Origin: Pseudomonadota bacterium
Lineage (GTDB): Bacteria > Pseudomonadota > Alphaproteobacteria > Sphingomonadales > CAKZYD01
NCBI GenBank assembly: GCA_049324415.1
Contig: JBMOOS010000030.1
Location: 205,523-269,522 of the forward strand
Length of the DNA: 64,000 nt
Reading direction: 5' to 3'
The notes under the pieces were generated by a model. The model saw only the letters and a list, made by a program, of their open reading frames with translations. It was not told where the DNA came from and made no database searches. Numbering within the stretch: the first letter of the stretch is position 1; every line of letters begins with the position of its first letter. A program made the position numbers and the translations under genes. Positions 28,824-35,557 of this stretch are shown one piece after another.

Positions 28824-30007
28824 GTCAGCAGCGCCACCGCCGAGGACGGGTGCCAGGAGACCCATACCGGCTGGTCCCAGGTGAAGCTCTGCTCTGCCTC
28901 GCGGGCGCGGATCGGGCGCGAAAGCTGGATGAGCTTGCCGCTTTTGAGCTTGATCTGGAAAAGCGAGGAAGCGCCCATATAGGCGATGTCCTCGATGACC
29001 CCTTCGGTCGCGTTATGGGCCGCCTCCGCCGGGCGCGTATGAGACAGCAGAAGCTTTTCCGGCCGCACCGCCGCCCACACTCTGGCGTGCGGCGGGCAGG
29101 TGATGCCATGATCGATCAAGATGCTGCATCCCGCTTCGTGACTGTCGATGACCACATGGTCGGCCTCGTCCTCGACAACGCGGCCCTCGAACAGATTGAC
29201 CGAGCCGACGAAATTGGCGACGAAGCGCGAGGCGGGGTATTCGTAAATTTCCTGCGGCGTTCCCACCTGGACGATTTCGCCGGCGTCCATCACCGCGATG
29301 CGGGTGGAGAGCGCGATCGCCTCCTGCTGGTCGTGGGTGACGAGGATGAAGGTGATGCCGACCTGATCCTGGATGCGGGCGAGCTCGAACTGGGTGCGCT
29401 CGCGCAGGTTTTTATCGAGCGCGGCGAGCGGCTCGTCGAGGAGTAGAAGCTTCGGGCGCTTGACGAGGCAGCGGGCGAGCGCCACCCGCTGGCGCTGACC
29501 GCCCGACAGTTGCTCCGGCCGGCGCTTGGCGAAGTCGGAAAGCTGGACCAGCGCGAGGGCTTGCGAGACGCGCTCCTTGATTTCACGCCTCCCCAGCCCT
29601 TCCTGGCGCAGGCCATAGGCGATGTTGGCGGCAACGCTCATATGGGGAAAGAGGGCATAGGACTGGAACATCATATTGACCGGCCGCGCATAGGGCGGCG
29701 TTTGCGTCATGTCCTCGCCGTCGATGATTATGCGCCCCGCGGTCGGCCGCTCGAGCCCCGCCAGCATCCTCAGCAGAGTGGACTTGCCGCAGCCCGAGCC
29801 GCCGAGCAGGGTGAAGAACTCCCCCTGGTGGATATCGAGGGAAAGGTCGCGCACCGCCATGGTGGCGCCGAAAGCCTTGCTGACCCGCTCGACGCGCACG
29901 AAGGGCCGCGCGTCCGGCTGCTCCCAAGGCTTGGTGACGAAGACGCAAGCATCGCCTTGGCGGGAGCGAAGAAGCGACGGGGTGGCGGCATCGCGCATCA
30001 CGGACAT
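28820..30007 (-). CDS. potA: polyamine ABC transporter ATP-binding protein (PotA/PotG-like)
   Basis: Walker A GGSGCGKST, ABC signature LSGGQRQR and Walker B LLLLDEP. A C-terminal TOBE-like domain is present. Confidence 0.9.
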   Translation of the reverse strand: MSVMRDAATPSLLRSRQGDACVFVTKPWEQPDARPFVRVERVSKAFGATMAVRDLSLDIHQGEFFTLLGGSGCGKSTLLRMLAGLERPTAGRIIIDGEDMTQTPPYARPVNMMFQSYALFPHMSVAANIAYGLRQEGLGRREIKERVSQALALVQLSDFAKRRPEQLSGGQRQRVALARCLVKRPKLLLLDEPLAALDKNLRERTQFELARIQDQVGITFILVTHDQQEAIALSTRIAVMDAGEIVQVGTPQEIYEYPASRFVANFVGSVNLFEGRVVEDEADHVVIDSHEAGCSILIDHGITCPPHARVWAAVRPEKLLLSHTRPAEAAHNATEGVIEDIAYMGASSLFQIKLKSGKLIQLSRPIRAREAEQSFTWDQPVWVSWHPSSAVALLT

Positions 30008-30008
30008 C

Positions 30009-31130
30009 CTAATTGTTGCCGCGGCCGGCTTTGATGTTGGTCCACGCCCGGTTGCGGATACGCACGATGCGCGGCGGGTCGGGAATATCGGTGGTAAGGC
30101 GCGCCATCACCTCGGGGCTCGGATAGATTTGCGGGTCGGACCTGATCGCCTCGTCCACATAGGCCATCGCCGCGCGGTTGGGGCTGGGATACCAGATATG
30201 GTTGGTGTTGGTCGCCGCCACCGTGGCGCCCAGCAAATAGTCCAAAAGCTTATGGGCGTTGTCGGGGTGCGGCGCGTCGATGGGAATGGCCATCAGGTCG
30301 AACCAGATGACGGTGCCTTCCCGCGGCACCGCATAGCGGATGTCGATCCCCGGGGCGGCGTCGTTCTTGGCCTGGAAAATATCGCCCGACCAACCGAGCG
30401 CCAGGCAGATCTCGCCATTGGCCAGGTCGTCGATATAGGACGAGGAGTGAAAATAACGGACATAGGGGCGGATGGCGGCGATGAGGCTCATCGCCTTCTC
30501 GATTTCCTGCTTCTTTCCCGATTCCGGGTCAAAGCCGGCATAATGCATAGTGATCCATTGCACTTCGTCGGGCGCGTCGAGGATGGCGATGCCGCAATCG
30601 GCGAAACGGGCGGCGTTCTCCGGTTTGAAGATGAGGTCCCAGCTATCGAGTGGCGCGCCGGGCAGCCGGGCGCGGATTTTGTTGAGATCATAGCCAAGCC
30701 CGGTGGTGCCGTACATGTAAGGGACGGCATAGACATTGCCGGGATCGAGCCGCGCGACGCGGGCCAGGATGGCGGGGTCGAGATTGGCGTAGTTGGCGAG
30801 TTTAGCCTTGTCGAGGGGCTGGAAAAGGCCGGCCTCCCTTTGCACGGCGAAGAAGGCGCCGGTGGGAACCACGACGTCATAGCCGGTGGCGCCGGCCAGC
30901 AGCTTGCCTTCCAGCACGTCGTTCGAATCAAAGACGTCGTAATTGACCTTGATGCCGGTCGCCGCCTCGAAACCAGGGATGGTGGCGGGCGCGATATAGT
31001 CCGACCAGTTATAAAAATTGACGATGGGCGGCTCCGCTCCGCCAGCGCCGTCGTCAGCGCCGCCATCGCAGGCGGCAAGCCCTGACGCCAGCAACGCGAG
31101 GAACGGGATGACGGCGCGGTTCATGGCCAA
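30009..31130 (-). CDS. potF: periplasmic polyamine-binding protein (PotD/PotF family)
   Basis: Signal/lipobox-like N-terminus MAMNRAVIPFLALLASGLAAC. PotD/PotF family sequence (FYNWSDYIAP...). Confidence 0.85.
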   Translation of the reverse strand: MAMNRAVIPFLALLASGLAACDGGADDGAGGAEPPIVNFYNWSDYIAPATIPGFEAATGIKVNYDVFDSNDVLEGKLLAGATGYDVVVPTGAFFAVQREAGLFQPLDKAKLANYANLDPAILARVARLDPGNVYAVPYMYGTTGLGYDLNKIRARLPGAPLDSWDLIFKPENAARFADCGIAILDAPDEVQWITMHYAGFDPESGKKQEIEKAMSLIAAIRPYVRYFHSSSYIDDLANGEICLALGWSGDIFQAKNDAAPGIDIRYAVPREGTVIWFDLMAIPIDAPHPDNAHKLLDYLLGATVAATNTNHIWYPSPNRAAMAYVDEAIRSDPQIYPSPEVMARLTTDIPDPPRIVRIRNRAWTNIKAGRGNN

Positions 31131-31132
31131 TC

Positions 31133-32518
31133 CTAGATCACCCCAAGCTGCCTTGCCGTCAGGTCGAAGGCAAGGCGCGCCTTGGCGGCAAGTTCGTCCA
31201 CTTCCGTCTCCGTGATGACAAGGGGCGGGGCCAGCACCATGGTATCGCGCACCGCGCGCATGACCAGCCCGTTCGCGATCGAATGGTCGCGGCAGATGAG
31301 GCCGGCGGCGCCCAACGGCGCGAAGCGGGCCTTTGTCGCCTTGTCCTTAATGAGCTCGCAGGCGCCGAGAAAGCCGACGCCCCGCACCTCGCCGATCAGC
31401 GGATGGTCGGCAAGGGCGCGGATCGCGTCCTGAAAATAGGCGGCGCGCTTGTCGGCCGCGGCGCCCACCAGCTCCGACTCTTCCATGACTTCCAGATTCT
31501 TCAAGGCGACGGCGCAGGCCACCGGGTGGCCGGAATAGGTGAAGCCATGGGCCATTTCCTCGCTCGCGGCGCCGATCGTCTCGCCCATGCGCGCGCCCAG
31601 GGCAACGGCGGAGATCGGCTGATAGCCCGAGGACATGCCCTTGGCCATGGTGACGATGTCGGGGGTAAAGCCCATGGTCTCGAAGCCGAACCAGCGCCCG
31701 GTGCGCCCGAAGCCGCAGATGACTTCGTCGGACCACAGGAGGACGTCATATTTGCGGCAGATCGCTTCGATCCGCGGCCAATAGTCGGGGGGCGGCGTCA
31801 TCATGCCGCCCGCGCCCATCACCGGCTCGCCGATGAAGGCGGCGACCTTGTCGGGGCCGATTTCCAGGATTTTATCCTCGAGCGCCTGGACGCAAAGATC
31901 GGAAAATTCTTCCGGCGTCCGGCCTTCGCCGAACTGATACCAATAGGGCACCGGGTCGATATGGTGAAAGCCGGGAAGCGGCAGATCGAATTGCGGGTGC
32001 AGGTGCGGCAGGCCGGAGAGCGAGGCCGCCGCCAGGGTGACGCCATGATAGGCCCAGCGCCGGGCGATGATCTGCTTTTTGTCGCGCGCGCCTTTGAGAT
32101 TCCAGAAATAGCGGATGAGCTTGACCGCGCTGTCATTGGCTTCAGAGCCCGAATTGGCATAGAAGATATGGTGCATGCCGGCAGGCAGGAGCGAGGCCAG
32201 CTTTTCCGACAAATCAACCACATAAGGGTGGGTCGTCTGGAAGAAGGTGTTGTAGAAGGGCAGGGATTGCAGCGCTTCATGGCCTGCTTGCGCCAAGGCG
32301 GCGTTGCCATAGCCCACTTGCACGCACCATAGCCCCGACATGCCATCGAGAATCTTAAGCCCTTGCGAATCCCAGATATAGACCCCATCGCCATGGGTGA
32401 TGACGCGCGGCCCCTTGGCGCGCAGCTCCTTATGGGTGGTGAAGGGGTGGAGGTGATAGCGGCTGTCGGCGGCTTGCCAGGCGCGGGTGCGGTTGGATAA
32501 GGGCAGGGCTGCGGTCAT
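31133..32518 (-). CDS. spuC: class-III aminotransferase (putrescine/omega-amino acid-pyruvate transaminase, SpuC-like)
   Basis: 461-aa ORF. Class-III PLP aminotransferase sequence with the lysine region DIVTMAKGMSSGY. Confidence 0.85.
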   Translation of the reverse strand: MTAALPLSNRTRAWQAADSRYHLHPFTTHKELRAKGPRVITHGDGVYIWDSQGLKILDGMSGLWCVQVGYGNAALAQAGHEALQSLPFYNTFFQTTHPYVVDLSEKLASLLPAGMHHIFYANSGSEANDSAVKLIRYFWNLKGARDKKQIIARRWAYHGVTLAAASLSGLPHLHPQFDLPLPGFHHIDPVPYWYQFGEGRTPEEFSDLCVQALEDKILEIGPDKVAAFIGEPVMGAGGMMTPPPDYWPRIEAICRKYDVLLWSDEVICGFGRTGRWFGFETMGFTPDIVTMAKGMSSGYQPISAVALGARMGETIGAASEEMAHGFTYSGHPVACAVALKNLEVMEESELVGAAADKRAAYFQDAIRALADHPLIGEVRGVGFLGACELIKDKATKARFAPLGAAGLICRDHSIANGLVMRAVRDTMVLAPPLVITETEVDELAAKARLAFDLTARQLGVI

Positions 32519-32529
32519 GGGCGTCTCCG

Positions 32530-33924
32530 TCAGACGTTGAGCATGAGAAACTGCGTCTCCCAGGGCGAGAGCACGCTGTAATATTCGGAATATTCGCGGC
32601 GCTTCACGTCAACGAAGGCTCTTAAAAAACCCTCGCCCAGCACCGGGATCAGCTCCTCGGTGGCTTCCAGCGCGTCGAGCGCCGCTAGGTAGTGCTGTGG
32701 CAGGGTCTTGGATTTGAGGCCATAGGCCGATTTGCGCAAGGGCCTTGAGGGGCGCAGGTCCTCCACCATCCCGAGATAGCCGCAGGCCAGCGACGCGGCG
32801 ATGGCGAGATAGGGGTTGACGTCGGAGCCGGCGACCCGGTTCTCGACCCGCCGGTTGGCGGGGGCGCTGAAGGGCACGCGCAAGCCGACGGTGCGGTTTT
32901 CCCGCCCCCAATGGGTGTTGACCGGGGCCGACATGCCGCCGCCGATGCGCCGGTAAGAGTTCATATAAGGGGCAAGGAACGGCATCACCGCCGGCAGATA
33001 GCGCTGCAGGCCGGCGATATGGGAAAGAAACACATCGGTGTCCTCGCCCTGGTCATTGGCGAAGATGTTTTTCCCGGTCTCCAGATCCTCCACCGACTGG
33101 TGGATATGCATCGCCGAGCCGAAATTATGCGGATAGGGCTTGGCCATGAAGGAGGCGAACATGTTGTGCCGGATCGCCGCCTGGCGGACGACGCGCTTGA
33201 AATAGAAGGACTGGTTGGCGACCGCCAAGGGCTCGCCATGGTTGACGTTGAATTCGAACTGGGCGGGGCCTGCCTCGTGGATGAGGGTGTCGATCTGGAT
33301 CTTCTGGGTTTCGCAGAAATCGTAGATGTCGTCGAACAACACGCCATATTCGTCGACGCCGTCGATGGAAAAGGAATCGGTGCCCATCTCGGTCTTGCCG
33401 GAGCGACCCTTGGGTGCGATCGGCGGGGCATGCACGTCGGCCTGGCGGGCGATCAGGTAGAATTCGAACTCGGGCGCCACCACTGGCTTCCAGCCGCGCT
33501 TTTCATAGAGCGATAGAACATTGCACAGCACCTGGCGCGGCGCCAGCGCGACCGGCTTGCCGGTTTCATAATAGGCGTCGCAAATGACGCAGGCGGTGGG
33601 CTCGGACTGCCAGGGCACCAGCACCAGGGTATCCAGATCGGGCAACAGGAACACATCCTGCTCGGTGACCGACATGGCCCCCGACAGCACGAACTCGCCA
33701 TTGACCGTCATCGCGAAGATCGATTCCGGCAAGCGCAGGCCCCGGGTGCGCATGCCTTCGATGAATTTCGCCCGTGGCATCGCCTTGCCGCGGCCTATGC
33801 CAGCGAAATCGGCGACCATCAATTCCACATCGTCCACCTGACGCGCTTCCAGCCAGCGGTCTAGCTCGGCCACCTTGTCGTCGCTGATGGTCGGCACGAT
33901 GGGGGTCTTTTTGGGCTTGCTCAT
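32530..33924 (-). CDS. glutamine synthetase family protein (PuuA/SpuB-like), paralog 3
   Basis: GS catalytic domain (GSAMHIHQSVED, NRTVGLRVP). ATG 33924 overlaps the puuD stop (ATGA). Confidence 0.85.
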   Translation of the reverse strand: MSKPKKTPIVPTISDDKVAELDRWLEARQVDDVELMVADFAGIGRGKAMPRAKFIEGMRTRGLRLPESIFAMTVNGEFVLSGAMSVTEQDVFLLPDLDTLVLVPWQSEPTACVICDAYYETGKPVALAPRQVLCNVLSLYEKRGWKPVVAPEFEFYLIARQADVHAPPIAPKGRSGKTEMGTDSFSIDGVDEYGVLFDDIYDFCETQKIQIDTLIHEAGPAQFEFNVNHGEPLAVANQSFYFKRVVRQAAIRHNMFASFMAKPYPHNFGSAMHIHQSVEDLETGKNIFANDQGEDTDVFLSHIAGLQRYLPAVMPFLAPYMNSYRRIGGGMSAPVNTHWGRENRTVGLRVPFSAPANRRVENRVAGSDVNPYLAIAASLACGYLGMVEDLRPSRPLRKSAYGLKSKTLPQHYLAALDALEATEELIPVLGEGFLRAFVDVKRREYSEYYSVLSPWETQFLMLNV

Positions 33925-34676
33925 GATCGTCTTTCTCGCTGCCGGCGCTGGGTGGCGGCGCCAAAGGCCTCGAACAAAAGCCGATGGTGCGCCGTTTGCG
34001 AGGGCCGCCATTCAGGATGCCATTGCACGCCAAGGGCAAAGCTGGCGGCGTCCTGAACCGCCGCCGCCTCGATGGTGCCGTCCTCGGCTTGTGCTTCGAT
34101 GCGCAGGCGCGGCGCCAGCCGGTCGATGCCTTGGCCGTGCAGCGAATTGACGGTGACCTGATCGGTGGCGAAAAGCGTCGCCAACTGTCCGCCAGGGCTT
34201 AGGGAAACGCGGTGCGCGGGGCCATATTGCGCGTCGAGTGGGGCGTCGTTCTGCTCCCGGTGGTCGAAGCGGCCGGGCACTTCCCAAAGATGGGGATGGA
34301 GGGTGCCGCCCAAGGCGACATTGAGCTCCTGAAAACCCCGGCAGATGCACAGCAGGGGAAGCCCCTGCGCCAGCGCCGCGTCGATGAGGGGCAGGGCGGT
34401 GGCGTCGCGCTGGGTGTCGAGCAGCGTTTCCGCGCGCGGCGGCGCGCCGCCATAGCGCGCCGGGTGAACGTTGGACAGGGCGCCGGTCATCATCACCCCG
34501 TCTATGCCCGCGATGAGGTCGGCAAGGTCGAGGGGCGCATCGAGGACGGGAACGAGCAGGGGCATGGCGCCCGCCGCGTCGCGCACCGCGGCGATGTATT
34601 TCTCGCCGGCGGCGTGGAACAGGTGCTTGCCGATTTTCTGGGCGTCGCAAATGACGGCGACAACAGGCCGCGACAC
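33921..34676 (-). CDS. puuD: gamma-glutamyl-gamma-aminobutyrate hydrolase (PuuD/SpuA, peptidase C26)
   Basis: Class-I glutamine-amidotransferase-like fold. Nucleophile motif LLCICRGFQELN and the QWHPE motif. Confidence 0.85.
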   Translation of the reverse strand: MSRPVVAVICDAQKIGKHLFHAAGEKYIAAVRDAAGAMPLLVPVLDAPLDLADLIAGIDGVMMTGALSNVHPARYGGAPPRAETLLDTQRDATALPLIDAALAQGLPLLCICRGFQELNVALGGTLHPHLWEVPGRFDHREQNDAPLDAQYGPAHRVSLSPGGQLATLFATDQVTVNSLHGQGIDRLAPRLRIEAQAEDGTIEAAAVQDAASFALGVQWHPEWRPSQTAHHRLLFEAFGAATQRRQRERRS

Positions 34677-34811
34677 AAGATTTCTCCGGATGCCGTCCCC
34701 TGCCGCCGCGAGGAGCGGGCAAAGGGCTTGGGCGCGTTCACTGGCTCGAAGTGTTCAAAAAAATAACCACTTGTCAAGCCACCCACCTCGCCGCCGTGCG
34801 CCGAGAGGCTC

Positions 34812-35360
34812 TTAGAAAGGCGGCGTGCAGGCGGAAACCAGGGTGCAAGGCTCATCGCCGACATTGCGGAAGCGATGAGGGGTTGTCGATTTGAAATAAT
34901 AGGCCTCGCCCGGGCCCAGGATGCGCCGCTTGTCGCCGACCAGGATTTCCACCCGCCCGGCGATGATGAAGCCGCACTCCTCGCCGTCGTGGACGAGCGG
35001 CACCGGGCCCGTTCCCGCTCCCGGCGCATAGGATTCGTAAAGGATTTGAATCAGCCGGTTATCGGCGTTGCGCCCAGGCTGCAGGAAATGAACGGGGCCG
35101 CGCCCCAGGTCCACCATGTCCTCCTTGCTGAAGAAAATCTGCTGATCTTCGTGGGGCGGGGTCGCGAAGAAATCGGCGACCGACATGCCGACCCCGTCGA
35201 GGATCTTGACGAGCAGTCCCAAGGTGGGGTCGCTGCGGCCTTGCTCGATGAGGGAAATGGTGCCGTTGGAAACCCCGGCGAGGCGGGCGAGCTCGCGCTG
35301 GGACAGGCCGCGCTCCAGGCGCAGGGCGCGCAGGCGTTGAGCGACGTCGGTCATGGTCAT
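34812..35360 (-). CDS. puuR: XRE-HTH + cupin transcriptional regulator (PuuR-like)
   Basis: 182 aa starting at ATG 35360. N-terminal HTH LRLERGLSQRELARLAGVSNGTISLIEQGR and a C-terminal cupin domain. The ORF-track start at 35642 is an unsupported extension. Confidence 0.8.
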   Translation of the reverse strand: MTMTDVAQRLRALRLERGLSQRELARLAGVSNGTISLIEQGRSDPTLGLLVKILDGVGMSVADFFATPPHEDQQIFFSKEDMVDLGRGPVHFLQPGRNADNRLIQILYESYAPGAGTGPVPLVHDGEECGFIIAGRVEILVGDKRRILGPGEAYYFKSTTPHRFRNVGDEPCTLVSACTPPF

Positions 35361-35387
35361 CTCGTTCAGGTGTTTGATATAATAAAC

Positions 35388-35401
35388 ATTGTGGCGACAA
35401 T
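35388..35401. promoter_or_regulatory. candidate operator palindrome upstream of puuR
   Basis: ATTGT-GGCG-ACAAT inverted repeat inside the AT-rich stretch GTTTGATATAATAAACATTGTGGCGACAATATCG. It lies 28 nt upstream of the puuR start, in the divergent region toward the receptor gene. Confidence 0.25.
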
Positions 35402-35557
35402 ATCGTGCAAAGTCAATGCCTTGAGCCGAAGCGCAAATCATTTGAAAAATCAGGCGGTTGCAATAGGCTAAAGGAGCTGGGGCAGCCATCTGGGGGCACA
35501 GTGAAAGGATGAAGCAGCGCCTTGGCAAAAGGCGCCGGCAACAGGGGGAGAGCGCGG

